Part shown: piece after piece, positions 25,680-39,100 of the stretch | Layout: the number at the start of each line of letters is the position of its first letter | Position numbering within the stretch: the first letter of the stretch is position 1 | Assembly: GCA_030704615.1 (NCBI GenBank) | Contig: CM060733.1 | Location: forward strand, 71,610,001-71,674,000 | Reading direction: 5' to 3' | From: Takakia lepidozioides | Lineage: Eukaryota > Plantae > Bryophyta | Length of the DNA stretch: 64,000 nt | Position numbers and translations under genes: made by a program | The notes under the pieces: model-generated | The model's database searches: none | What the model was told of the DNA's origin: nothing | What the model saw: the letters and a program-made list of their open reading frames with translations, nothing else

Positions 25680-26440
25680 GAGAAGCCGGCACCGGGCCGT
25701 CACATTACAACCCCCGGATGGAAATTCGGCACCGAATATCCAACAGGGGCCGCCCGGATGAAGTCGACTCGGGCGGAGAGGCCGGCACCTGTCCGACAGA
25801 GAACATCCCCCGGATGGAAATTCAGCGCCGAATTTCCATCCAGGCCCCCCCAAAGGAAGTTGTGTCGGGGGGTCAGGCCGAAAAGTGGTCGACATTAAAA
25901 CCTCCCCGGATGGAAAAACGGCGCCGAATTTACATCCGGGGCCGTTCGGATGCATTCGGCTCGGGGGGAGAGGCCGGCACATGGCCGTCACATTACAACC
26001 CCCGGACGGGAATTCGGCACCGAATATCCAACAGGGGCCGCCCGGATGAAGTCGCCTCGGGCGGAGAGGCCGGCACCTGTCCGACAGAGAACATCCCCCG
26101 GATGGAAATTCGGCGCCGAGTTTCCATCCGGGCCCCCCCAAAGGAAGTCGTGTCGGGGGGTCAGGCCGAAAACTGGCCGACATAAAAACCTCCCCGGATG
26201 GAAAAACAGCGCCGAATTTACATCCGGGGCCGTTCGGATGCAGTCGGCTCGGGGGGAGAGGCCGGCACCTGGCCGTCACAATACAACCCCCGAACGGAAA
26301 TTCGGCACCGAATATCCAACAGGGGGCGCCGGAATAAAGTCGACTCGGGTGGAAGGGATGGAAAACCGGCGCCGAATTTCCATTCGGCATTTAATCGCAA
26401 TCGCGGCCAGATGGAATTTCGGCAACAAATTTCCATGTAG
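25680..26440. repeat. B-type palindrome array with 96-bp spacing in a 288-bp higher-order unit
   Basis: GGAAATTCGG-CR-CCGAATTTCC variants start at 25720, 25816, 25912 and 26008. The unit marker cacattacaa recurs at 25701, 25989 and 26277. Confidence 0.92.
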
Positions 26441-26573
26441 GAACTACGAGGGATGGAAAAGAAGCAAAGAATTTCTCTCAACCAGTCGAGAATTCCCTGA
26501 AAACCGTGTCTAAAACTTAAGGTTGTGTCTTTTTAGACCAAAAAACAAGCGGCCATGCTCAGAATTACCTGCA

Positions 26574-27315
26574 GGATGGTAATTCGGCGCTTCGACTTAC
26601 CTGGCGGATGGAAATTCGGCGCCGGATTTCCATCCGGCCGCGCTCCGAATTACCTCTGGGATGGAAATTCGGCGCCGTTTTTCCATCCGGCCGCGCTCCG
26701 AATTACCTCTGGGATGGAAATTTGGCGCCGGATTTCCATCCGGCTGCGCTCCGAATTACATCTGGGATGGAAATTCGGCGCCGTTTTTCCATCCGGCCGC
26801 GCTCCGAATTACCTGCAGGATGGAAATTTGGCGCCGGATTTCCATCCGGCCGCGCTCCGAATTACCTCTGGGATGGAAATTCGGCGCCGTTTTTCCATCC
26901 GGCCGCGCTCCGAATTACCTCTGGGATGGAAATTCGGCGCCGTTTTTCCATCCGGCCGCGCTCCGAATTACCTCTGGGATGGAAATTCGGCGCCGTTTTT
27001 CCATCCGGCCGCGCTCCGAATTGCCTCTCGGATGGAAATTCGGCGCCGTTTTTCCATCCGGCCGCGCTCCGAATTGCCTCTCGGATGGAAATTCGGCGCC
27101 GTTTTTCCATCCGGCCGCGCTCCGAATTGCCTCTCGGATGGAAATTCGGCGCCGTTTTTCCATCCGGCCGCGCTCCGAATTGCCTGCAGGATGGAAATGC
27201 GGCGCAGGATTTCCATCCGGCGTCTCCTGGATGAGAACGGCTCGGGCGGAGGGATGGCCTCGTTGCGTCATACTTCATCCGTTGGATGGAAATTCGGCGC
27301 CGATTTTTTCCATCC
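26574..27315. repeat. Homogenised 53-bp tandem array of the B-type palindrome
   Basis: Unit ggatggaaattcggcgccgtttttccatccggccgcgctccgaattacctctg. Twelve palindromes at exact 53-bp steps from 26610 to 27193. Confidence 0.96.
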
Positions 27316-27504
27316 AGCGGGCAATTGACGTAGTTGCGCAGTAAATGTTCTCCGCCGTCGGTTTTGAACCAGGCTGGCGACACAAGGATTCCGCGCTTGC
27401 TTCCCGGATACACCTTGGAAACCTGATGCTAAACTTGGATGAACTTCTATTCGAGGGCATGTACGCACACATACTGTGAGATCTTTTTTCTTTTGCTGGG
27501 ACTT

Positions 27505-29379
27505 ATGCCGCGTGGAGAAGGGCGTGGCTCTCCTGAGAGAAACCCCACATCCAGACCGCGGCGGAAGCTGAAGGCTTTGTACTACGGGCGACGTCCAACC
27601 TCTCGCATGGCCAAACTTAAGCTCCAGCAGGAAATTCCATTGTCTTGCTCACAGCCCGCGCCAACTGAAACCGAGCACTCTCAGGTTCCGCCCCTTCCTC
27701 TTTCGGTTTTCTTCGTTTTTTTAGATTGTTTTCACATCTTCCGCCTGGCAGCCCTGGAAGCGCATGGTTGCATCGCAAAAGCACGTGTTGTTGAGAAGAA
27801 TGATCAAGGTCAGAGTGGTTAGAAAGGAGCCAGGTCGTTGCTGCATTCAGATTGCTTGCCAGAACAGGGTACACACCTCGCTGTAGATAACAGGTTGCAT
27901 CTCGGAATTAAGGAAATCCATGTTGAGCTGAGAAGATTGTCTGAGCAGATGAAGTGCCTTCAAAACATTTCACCCTGTTTTCCCGTCTTCTGGAATTCGT
28001 GTTCATTTGTTCATCGTGTTTCATGTTGATTTCTGCAAGTTACTGGTTGAGTGAACCTTAGATAGTTTGCAATGCGTGTGCAAAGCCGGCAGCTCTAGAG
28101 AAGGCTGCTTGTGCATGTCATTCTTAGGCATTGGTTGGATTTGTTTTCATTGTTGTTCCATGGCACTCCATACTTGGTTTTGTTTTGTTTTCATTGTTGT
28201 TCCACGATTGTTGCGATGGTGGTTGCGCTGCTCGTGGCGGATGGTGGTTTTCATTCCGATGTTGGTTCTCACGATTTTCGGGAATGACAGAGTGACGACG
28301 AGCCCGGCACGCTGGTGGTATCATCGACAGCTCCAACTCATCGCATGTTTGGATCGCCTAACTTGGGGCGGGAGGGCAAACTAAAACCTTTTGTTGGTGG
28401 ACGGGAGGACCTGCAGCGAGAGTACGACAAAATAGGCATTGGGGAGGTTGGTGCAGGCGGCATGGCAGGTGAAGGGCGTGAGGACGTGAGGACAGCAGAT
28501 CCGGCAATGGAGGTTGTTGATGCACATGCAGTAGGGCCCGCCCACTCAAAGAAGAAGAAGAAAGCCAAACACATGCAATCCTCGACGAGAGAGCCGTCAC
28601 GGGCTGCGGAGGGGGGAGTGAGCAGTGCGCGCGAGGGTGTCAGTTCTCCTCAATGAAAGGTGGTCGTCCTGGAGGGCTCCCCTGCTGCTTGCCCTAGTAA
28701 GAAACAGAAAGCCCGTGAGAGGGAAAAAGAGAGGGCAAAAGAACAGGCGAGACAGAAGGCTAGCCAGGAGGAAAGAAAAAAGGCCACTGAAGAGGCCAGG
28801 GGTGCCGAAATGACAGATGCCCATGTAAGCGAGGGACGCACAGAGACGGTGGATCCCTCCAAGACACCACAAAAAGGCAGTAACACACCGGTTACACCAT
28901 CGCGGACAAGAGCAGCCCCCGCAATTACCCATACGGTGGAGAGTGGAGGAGAGGAAAGAACACCACAAAGAGCACGGATTGTGCAAGTTCGAGGTGAAGC
29001 CGGAAAGAGTGCTCGAGGTGGTTGACCATGTTGAGGAGAACGACACCGAGCTTTCTGACCAGGATGACATCCTCCCGAACATCCCCAGGCCCCAAACCCG
29101 CAGCATACAGGCTGGATTTGGCGGTCCTGGTGGGCTGCCGGAGAACCCCTCTGCAGCAGACGTCATGTCGGAGGCGGATATGAAGTTGGCCGCTGCCAAG
29201 ATGTTGGAGGCAACCCACAACAACATTGGCAGGGTGCTGGGGGGCATGGTGTACCCGGCCAAGCTTCGAATTCCCCTTTGCCGCTTGGTGTCATTGCAGG
29301 TGGTGAGACCTGCCCTCCCAGGCGATATCGACAAGCTGAAATTCTCTTTCCGGGATGGATATCGAATGGGGTCTGCCAC
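27505..29379 (+). pseudogene. 5' part of the ParB-like/methyltransferase-like gene of B1, truncated inside the ParB-like domain
   Basis: RRKLKALYYGRRP N-terminus. LRIPLCRLVSLQVVRPALPGDIDKLKFSFRDGYRMGS aligns with element A LRIPLCRMVSLPIVRQALPGDVDKLKFAFREGYRLGS. Confidence 0.8.
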
Positions 29380-29935
29380 GTTAGTAGAGTTTAATCTTTG
29401 TTGTTTGTGGTGCAGGCTAACTTTATAGTAGTGTCTACAGCTTGCAAGGATGATTATTGGTTAGCAGGTAGTGAACTATAACTCTTATAGTAAAGAGGTT
29501 GCAGGTTCAAACTCCTCTAAATACAATCAAATGGATAAGATGGCCCTAGGGTTAATAGGCGAGCTAGGGATAGCACGTGGTACCCTAGATGAGCTGCCAC
29601 GTGGTTTTTTCATTATTATAAAATGCATTATGCCAATGCGGTGCGACGCAGCGTCTGACATATCTTTTTCATTTTTTTAGTTTTTTAATTTAATTTAATT
29701 TTTAATCAATTGCGCCTCGCCACGTGGCGCGGCAGCGGCGATTGCAGTATGGTATATATGACTGCAGTGAGAGATATCACTTGGTTCATCTGACTGTAGT
29801 CATCCGGACCGTACCATCTTGTACTCATTGTATTCACTTGGTTTGCACGACTTACAGTCATAGAAGTCATATGTACCGTTTATGACTGTAGAATAGTCAT
29901 ATATACAGTCATAAATACCGCGATCTGTTGTAGTG
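29380..29935. mobile_element. CACTA (En/Spm) terminal fragment
   Basis: Ends in gatctgttgTAGTG at 29935, with clustered ATGACTG / CAGTCAT subterminal repeats. The partner end was not found. Confidence 0.65.
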
Positions 29936-30295
29936 GTTTCTTCATCTCCAAATCACTCCCTTCATTCAACCAGACTCTGGCTAAGGCTGCGTCCGCTGCA
30001 TCCAACCCTGCTTGCAATGTCAGCTTTCTTGTTCATTGCCCATGGCAATGTCTCTTTATGTGGTGGCGGTAAACAGCCTGCACTCAGCATTCTCCCTTTC
30101 TTTCAGCAGTATAGTGTTGCTGTTGAGCCACTTGGTTCCTTGATCTCTAACAGTTCTCAGCTGTCCCTTGAGTGTCTCCACCAGTTGCTTAAGCGTCTGC
30201 ACTTGTCCTGTGAGTGTTTCCACCTCTGTGTCTGTTTTCCGAGATCTCTCTTGCTCTGCATCGAGGTCAGCTTGGACATGACGTATTTCGTCTCT

Positions 30296-31500
30296 TTATC
30301 TTTCCCACTTCTGCTCCCACTCATCTCTGCGTTGTGCCAAAGTGTTGTATTGGCAAAGTAGGGTCGACTTTTGATCTTCTAATGGTACAATTGTAACCTC
30401 ATGGTTACATACTGTTCTTGCAGTGGTCAATTCTCTATGGTGCTTCTCTTTGATGTGGTCTAAGATCATGCTCATGTTTTCCGGGCTAATGTAATCCTTG
30501 GCTCTGTCCATACAAGCTGTTAGTTGACCCAATGCTTGTATTGCCTGCAGAATGACATTCTGTGGTGTCTCCTTCAACCCTGTGTCCCATGCTGTTGTAT
30601 CCAGAACTTGTTGTGCTAGTAGTAATTCCAAATTGGAATTTCTGTCTTGCTGCTACTGATTTGGTGCCTCTTGCACCATCTGCTGTTGCTGCTGGCTGGG
30701 TGCCTCTTGCACTATCTGCTGTTGCTGTGCCACTATGTCTTCCTCCTGTGTTCCTGGTTGTGTGACCTCTGTGTGTGTTGCTTGTTGGGTTTCGGTGTTG
30801 CCATGGCTAATTTCCATGGGCGTTGTTTCGTTGGTCTGTGGTTGGTTTCCTCCTTCTGGCTGTTGATTCTCCCCTTCTCTCTGCACTGGGGAATCAGTCG
30901 TCGAGTTGATGATGTCCTCTGCTGCTGTACTTGTGGTTGCTTCGTTGATCCGGGCTCTCTTTGCAAGTCCGCCCTCTTCTTCTTCCTGTCCTGCTTCTGT
31001 CTCACTCCCTTCTTCCTCCATTGTATCTACCCATTGCATAATCCCCAACGTCGCTTGCTCTTCGGGCGTTAGGTGTACAGTATGTCGAATCATTTGGATT
31101 AACAAGGGAGTCATCATAGTAACAGTTGCTTCCTTCTTCTTCTTTGTCAACCAGGTCAGTTCTTGGGTTAACTTCTTCAATAAGAAGCTTGCCCAATTCA
31201 CGATTTGCCCATTGAAGCAAATCAACACTTGATCGATTAGCTCCTTGGTACAGTAGCTGTGGTTTTGCCTGAGGCAAAGCAACGTGCTAAGTACCGGGGC
31301 TATCTTCCTAAAGCCGGGGCTTTTGCTGTGGCTGCATGTGTAGCCCTGATCTGCTTGGTTGAGATTCTCAAACAAATCTGCAAGTACAAACCTTGGAGGT
31401 TTGCCGCTGTACGCTGGTACATCCAGACTGGGAAGGTGAAACACTTCCGCCAAGTACTTCTCCGTCCAACCCACCTGGCGACGCACGGGCGTAGCAAGAT
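30296..31500 (-). pseudogene. Probable transposon accessory ORF with Q/E-rich and coiled-coil tail
   Basis: EVFHLP...FNGQIVNWASFLLKKL resembles accessory ORFs of plant retroelements; internal stop at about 30653. Confidence 0.35.
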
Positions 31501-31639
31501 GGCACGCCGGGCCGGATGGCGACACTTGGGCGTCGCAAAAAGGGGCTGCGGAGCTGACGTCGCATGCTCCGCGCGCGGAGGCGCGGCTGGCGTCGCTAAC
31601 CCCCGCAGTACTGAAAATAGCTAAGTGGATACATTGGGG

Positions 31640-32486
31640 ATTGCAGTGGACACTGGAGGTCACACTTTGGCCTCTACATTGGAGATGCACTTGGATACAT
31701 GAATAGAAGATTGCACTTGGGCTTAGATTTCAAATTTTCACACATGGGCCAACGACATAGGCTATACTAGAGGTCGCACTTGGGCCTCAACATAGGAGAC
31801 GTACTGGGATACATAAGAAGTTGCACTTGGTCTTAAATGACAGTGGACACTTGGGCATCTACACGGGAGATGCACTTGGGTACATAAAAGATTGCACACT
31901 GGGCTTAGATGGGCCTCGACATAGGAGACGCACATGGGAGATGTCATTGGATACATAGGAGATTGCACTTGGGCTTAAATGACAGTGGACACTTGAGCCT
32001 CGACACGGGAGATGCACTTGGATACATAAAAGATTGCACTTGGGCTTAGATGGGCCTCGACATAGGAGACGCACTAGGATACATAAGAAATTGCACTTGG
32101 TCTTAGATTTCAATTATTCACACATGGGCCAACGGCACAAGCTACCCTAGAGGTCGACTTGGGCCTCGACATAGGAGACGTGCCTCGATGTAGGAAATGC
32201 ACCTCGATGTAGGAAATGCACTGGGATACATAAGAAATTGCACTTGGTCTTAAATGACAGTGGACACTTGGGCCTCTACACGTGGGAGATGCACTTGGAT
32301 ACATAAAAGATTACACTTGGGCTTAGATGGGCTTGGACATAGGAGACGCACTAGGAACATATGAAATTGCACTTGGTCTTAGATTTCAATTATTCACACA
32401 TGGGCCAACGGCAGAAGCTACCCTAGAGGTCGCACTTGGGCCTCGATGACACTGGACACTTGGGCCAACGACATAGGCTACCCTAG
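31640..32486. repeat. Complex minisatellite built on GCACTTGG, GGGCCTCGACATAGGAGA and GATACATA modules
   Basis: More than 20 cacttgg motifs with recurring longer blocks. Confidence 0.9.
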
Positions 32487-33115
32487 TTACCAGAGTAAAT
32501 GAGGAAGACCCCCTGAGGGGTTTTACTGATAGTGTGGCTGGTATGGAAGTCCCAATATATGACCAAGTATTTTCCCAAAGGATACCAGACTGGTCTGGTA
32601 TCTAATACCAGTGCATATACCTGTGCACATACCAGGCAATACCCTATATACCGGTACAACACTGGTACAGGGAAGGCAAGAAAGGTCGACGGATTGGAAC
32701 TGGTGAAAGCCCGTAATTTGGGGAAGCGGATGTAGTGGCCGGGAGGATTTAGGGGTGCCGCCATCGTACCTACACGCTCGTGCGCGTGCGTGTAGGTGGG
32801 CAGGAAGGTGGCGGAGATGGTGGGCCCATCGTTACGCAGATCAACAACTCGGTGTGTATGCGGATTCGAGGTCTATATCCTATGTCCTTGCACCTGGACC
32901 TTTCCGAAGTCGTTGTGCTGTTTGTCATCACTATTATTGCGTAGCACTGTTTCTCTCTCATGTACACAAGTAGAGATGCTGAAAAAGGTTTAAGTTGCTT
33001 ATACCAGAAGCCTCGACCATGATGCTGGCATATCCGGAATCAGCACTGGAGGAGTGGGGATTAAGGGCAAGGGAGCTGGGGAGTCTTCATTGCGGAGGGT
33101 GATTGAAGGGAGTCC

Positions 33116-36100
33116 ATGTCGAATATGTGGATGCTGGCATGGATGGCAGTGGGGGTGCTGCTGCCCGCAGCCATGGGGGTGGGCGGCGCAGGTGTGAACA
33201 AGGCTGTGTGGGGTTCGCCGAATGTAAAGATCTCGGGCGTCCTAATTCCTGGATTCGCCTCTTCCCGGTTGCGTGCATGGGCCATGCTGGACTGTCCCTA
33301 TTCGCCACTGGATTTTCGTCCCTTGGATCCTGTATGGCTGGACACTAAGAAGGTTATTTTCTTCACTCGTTTTTGTAGTTTTCTAGCATTGCAAAGTGTG
33401 GAATGATAAATGTAGAGCAGTATGCTGTATCTGCTGCTCTGTATTTGCAGCAAATCATGGTTCCGGTTTTCCAGTTTCCCAACAAGAATATACTAAGATG
33501 GGCACAAACCGTTTCTATAGGGAGAGAGCAGAGGTGTTTACTGCTTGCAAGTGTCTGTCAATTTGGCAGGTGTGCATATTTTCTGAGCTCTAGACAATCT
33601 ATCTGTAACATCAGATTCAATCAGTGAGCTGGCAGTCGCTGTTATGGGAAGAAACGCATCTCACTGGGATGTTATCATTGTTGTCTAGCATCTTTCTGAG
33701 AAGTTTGAAGACAGGTAGATGATGGGTGATCCAGGAGCAGGTGTATCCTTCACTTGAGGCCCAACTTTTACGATAGGTAATTTGATACTTAACACAGAAT
33801 ATCTGCTCAGTAGGTGAGTGCAGAGTTGGGGAGTGTAGATGTAGAGTTGGCTTGAGGAGATATAAGGGCTATTCAAAGAGAGGCCGGGCAGGGGAGCTAC
33901 CACTCATGACAAGGAACGAGGGCTGTATCTACCTTCTACCATGACTTTCAACAAGAGTGGACAGGTTAACCTTAATTGACGGCTTAATGTGTAGTGGTGC
34001 AAATAGTACAAGTCAGCTGCCTTCAGGGAGTGGTCAGGGCAGCATGCACACCCTTGATGGTAAAGCATGTTTTGGGGTGACTTGCAGGTACTGTCGGTGT
34101 TGAACTGCTGGATGAAGTGCATGCTTCTAGATCCAATGACTCAGGAAGATCACCCGGAGTGCAAGTCCCGCCCAGACACAGGGCTGTCTGCCATCACTGA
34201 GCTTGACCCTGGTTACCTCACAGGTCGTTTTTCATCCCAGGCCTGCACCTGTCTCTCTCTCTCTCTCTCTCTTCCTTTTGATGAGGACGAGCTGAATTCT
34301 AATGGAAGACGGTTAATAAACTGTCTGGAAGAACTTCAGCTTTTGACCTTGAATAATAGGTCAAAAGGAGACCTAGTGCAGTGGACTTGTGAGAAAGCCC
34401 AAACTGGGGAACGATCTCCCAAGAATCCACCGCTCTTTCGACTTCATTTCTTGCATTGCCAGAGCTAGACTGAAGATCTTGGAGTGAATGGACAAAGTGA
34501 CGGAGAGCCTCTTGCAAGGCCTGGACAGACCCAGCCTTGACCTCTTCATTTGCGCCACGTCCGAATTGAACGTTTCACGATCTCTTGGTGTTGGGGAGAC
34601 ACCTTTTGATCTCAGTCCAAACCAGGAAGTGGTCAGAGGTACCAATATAGTTCTCTCGATCAACACATTGGCACTCTGGGGAAACAAATACTTGTCCACT
34701 ATGATATAATCGTCTCCTCTGTGGCTGACTTCACCGGTTGACATTGTCAAAACCTTTGAAACTCACTACAGTATCCTTTGCAGAAATTCTAGGTCTAACT
34801 GTAAGGGGTCTTCTGAAGAACGGAAGGACACAGTTGAAAAAACTGTTCCCATGATTCAAGACAGCCCTGATGAACTGGAGTATATTTCAAAGGGTTACAA
34901 CGCTCCCATTAGTTCTTCTGAGATTGTGGAAGCAATTGCGAGTTCGAAGGTTGGCTTCTTCATAGCTCCGAGAACGCACCGCAGGGGTCACCATGGCGAT
35001 TGACCTCCACCGGTGGCACCACAATCTTTGCCAACTCCACGTCCTCTATCCCCAAGGATTTCTTCTTCTTCCCGCCCTCTCCCTTCTTTGTAGGCTCCTT
35101 CCCCTGCTCCTTTGTTACCCCACTGCCCTCCCCCGCATGCACACTCACCCCTTCGTCTCCACGGGACTTCTTCTTCTTCTTCTTCTTCTTCTTTTCCTTC
35201 CCCTTCCCCGCTACTTCCTCTCTCTCCTCGGCAGCCCCTTCATTGATGGTAAAAGGGACCTCGGGAGGTCAAGGCCTCTTTTTCTTACCTTTGGTGTTGA
35301 GCATTTAAGTGGATATAAAGCTGGTGGACCTGATGGCATAGTCAACGAGCTTCTCAAGCACGGTGGCGACCCCTTGATAGAGGCCCTTGTACTTCTCTTT
35401 AATCTTATATGGAGGACTGAAATGATCCCCTTTCGCTGGCGACAGGGGTCATTGTCAATCTACACAAGAAAGATGACAGAGAAGGGCCGGGGAACTATCG
35501 AGGCATCATGCTTCTCAATACAGTTGGCAAGATGTTTTGCAGAGTTATAAGTACTCGTCTCGAGGCTGATCTGGAGTCTAGAGGTTGTCTCCATGAAGGC
35601 CAAGTTGGCTTTCGGCGGAACAGGGGCTGCGTGGATCATATCTTCACTCTAAGCCAGATTATCCAGGGAAGGAAAAAGGAAGGGAAACCCACTTTTGTTT
35701 TTTTCTTGGATGTCAAAAAGGCTTGGGACACTGTGTGGAGAGATGGTCTATGGCTCCCACTCTGGTCATCTGGGATCAAGGGAAAGATGTGGAGGAGTGG
35801 TCCATAACTTGTATGCTCACACCAAAAGCTGTGTCACTGTTATTGGTCAGAAGTCTAACTTCATTGACATAGACCAAGGTGTAGCTCAAGGATGTACCCT
35901 CTCCCCTCTGCTCTTCAATGTTTTCATCAGTCAACTCCTTGAGGATGTAGACAGTGAGGGATTTGGGTTAAGGGTGGGTGATGCCACCATACCAGCCCTT
36001 ATGTTTGCGGATGACTTCGCAGGCATAGGGGAGACTCCATCCAATCTTCAGGAGTTGATTGATTACGCGAAGAGATACTTTGACCTTTGGGGGCTAGAGG

Positions 36101-39100
36101 CTAGTGTCAGTAAATGCGCAGTGGTGGCATTCAATGACCGAGAGGAGGCGATCTCAAGTGGCCGTGGGGAAGCCAAGAGATTCCTGTCCTCCCTCCCTAC
36201 AGATACCTTGGCGTTGAGTTTTCCTCCCACTGTAATTGGGATGCACATATTCGAGAAGTTGTTCAATCTGGCAAGCGCAAAGAATTGGGTCTCACTAAAT
36301 TGTCCACTGCAGAGGGATCAACTCTGAAGTAAGAAAAACCATGCGGCCTGTCTTGGAGTACATATCTGCAGTGTGGGTTGATAACTCCAACCAGGCTAAG
36401 TCTCTAGAATCCATTCAAGTGGGGGTGCTTAAGGAGTGCATGTGAGCATGCTCAAGAACAGCTAATGTGACTGTTTGGGGTGAGTTTGGCATCCCTTCCT
36501 TAAGCTCCTGACGAGATAAATTCAAGGTCAGATGGTGGGGTCAGCTGCGAGGTGTGACTAATATCAGATACCCGAAGTTAATCAACTCTATATCCTGGAA
36601 GCAGGATCGCCCTGTCAAACAGGCTAAGTCCTGTGGAAGAGGGTAGAAGAGATTCTCAAGGATCTGAATCTAAGTCCGCAAGTCTTGACCCTGCTGGATA
36701 AATCTGACTTAGAGGCTGTAGTGTCCAAAACCATGTCTGTTGCCAGGAAATTGTCTGGTGAAAATGAAGTTAGGCAGAAAATTTCCCTGAACTTGTTTCC
36801 AGTCTGTGACATGGGGGAGGACATCATGGATGACCTCAAGGGTTTACCGACTCTTGGCAGTCGACTGAAATTTAAACCAGGCCGGGTAGCCTACCTTTAA
36901 ACAGCAAACAGATGCAGAGAGCAAAAAGGGATTGCAAATGTCGAGAGGAGAGATATCAAGGGAAAGGTCTCCGGTTCAAATCTGGTCGTAGGCTCTGTTC
37001 ATACTTGGGCCTCGACATAGGAGAGGCACTTGCATACATAGGAGATTGCACTTGGGCTTAGATGACACTTGATCCCGGAAGACAATATTCATTTTCTGTT
37101 TCATTGTCTTGGGTACTCTCACCAGAGAGACGCCCTCTTGAATCCCATCAGCGGATTTGCCCCTGTACCTCTGTTTACCAACGTTGAAAATCTCAAGGCT
37201 GAGCCAAAAGCCCAGGCCCTTTTGGGGCCTAGTTATTGGGCAAATCACACCACATCAGATTGATGCTTGTGTAAAGGGATTTCTAGAGGATATCTGGAAA
37301 ACTCGGATCAGTTGTCTGTTCCAAGGTAAGTCATACTACCGGCGTCAACTGCTGACAAAGGTAGTTTCTGTCCCGGGGTCAATGGTCTCAAGGCTACGGC
37401 AAACAACGTCTTAATGATTACATTCTCTCTCTGTTCACCAATCTTCAAAATCTTGAGGCTGAGCCTAAAGGCCCGGCCCTGTTGGGCTCCTATTGTTGGG
37501 CAGCTCGCACACAGCAGGTTGATGCTTGTGTGAAGGGAGAGGAAATCTGGAAAGCCTGAACCAATTGTTTATACCTACCGGAGTGAGCCCCTTACAAAGG
37601 CAGTGTCCTATTGTTGCGCCCAAACTGGGTGCGGGGTCTATGGCCACAAGGCTACGGCAAACCTCTTATGAGTACATGCTCTCTGTGTGTCTCTGTTGTC
37701 CGCAAAACTGTGGGTCTCACTCAATTTTTCCACTGTAGATGGATTAATTCTGAAGTTCAAAGGATCATGCTTTGCAAAGTTATTAGGCCTATCCAAGTTC
37801 CTTTATTTAAGTTGATAAAACCTCTTCAAACAAATAGAAATTATAGCTGTAGATATGAATAAGTTGTGGGGGAATAAGGGAATTCTGGAGCCTTGGAGTA
37901 GCATCTGCCGTGTGTGATGGCAACTCCAACCATGCTTTAGAATATATGCAGCTTTTGGAGCCCAAAGAGACCATGTCAACGTGCTCTAGAACAGCTAATG
38001 TGGCTGTTCAAGGTGAGTTTTGCGTACTGCCATTGAGCTCTTGATGTGATGAGTTCGAGGTCACATGGTTATTGCATGCCTAATACCAGATACGCTAAGA
38101 TGATCGGCACTGTTTCTTGGAAGCAAGACTGGCCTGAAAACTGACCCTGCTAGATGAAGCTGAATTGGATGCTGAAGTGTCTAAGGCCATGTTGGAAGCA
38201 TGAAGAGTGTCTGAACAAAACGAAACATCCCTGAACTTGCTTCCAGTCTCACATGGGTGAGGACCTTGAGGATGACCTGATGGGTCTACTTACCCTCAAC
38301 ACTAGACTGAAATATAAACTCAGTGCGGGGTGTCTACCTTTGAACATTAAGCAGATGAATGGGGGATTGTCAATGCCCGACGTGCAGGTGGCCTGAAGAC
38401 TATATCCTTTTTGTCTGGGGTATTCCCATCAGAGAGCGACCCTCTGCAGGACCATCAAAAACATAGTCCTTGCACCTCTGTTCACCAACTTTCAAAATGT
38501 CGAGGCTGAGCTTAAAGCCCTGGCCCTGAGAGGTCCAACTGCTGGGCATATCACACACAGCAGATTCATGCTTGTGTGAAGGGCTTTCTAGAGGAAATCT
38601 GGAAAGCCTGAACAAGTTGTTCATATCAAGGTAAGTCCTACTACTGGAGTGAGTCCCTCACGAAGGTAGTGTCTGTTCCCTTTTGTTCCGCCCAAATTGG
38701 GTGCAGGGTCTACGGCCACAAGGCTCAGGCAAAGATCGTCTTATGAGTACATTATCTGTGGTGTTCTACTTGTGTCCCTTGGACCCTTTGAAAACAGACT
38801 TAAAAACTCCGTCTCTCTGTGTTGGCTGGTGGTGCTGGAGCCAATGGTTTGTTTCATGGTGTCTTTGCCCAACCTACGCATCAACGCTCAAGTCCTGGAT
38901 TCTCATAACCTGGTGGGTAGAGACCCCATATCCAGCTCCAGGGGTATTGAATATACACTCCATGGTCCATCGTAGCCAACATTCTTATGGAACAGCCAAT
39001 GGTTAATTCTCTGTGATGTGTGTGGGGATGATGGTATAGCATGTTGCACTTGTTGTAGACTTTGCCTACTATGCTGTCACACTGCAGCTTTACTACCCGG

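Larger units (their letters stand above)
13514..29379. mobile_element. Mutator-like element, subfamily B copy 1 (right part truncated; Gypsy inserted)
   Basis: TIR at 13514, then minus-strand MULE transposase, central palindrome arrays and a divergent plus-strand ParB-like gene. The first about 840 bp and the 18100-18268/25249-26300 segments recur in B2. Confidence 0.85.

Noticed and set aside
25566-27413. Long ORFs such as MEIRRRFSIRPRSEL repeats
   Set aside because: Artefacts of the 96-bp and 53-bp arrays; open in all frames.
32400-32490. Helitron 3' end at ...ctaccCTAG/T
   Set aside because: No convincing subterminal hairpin, and the motif is part of the minisatellite unit.
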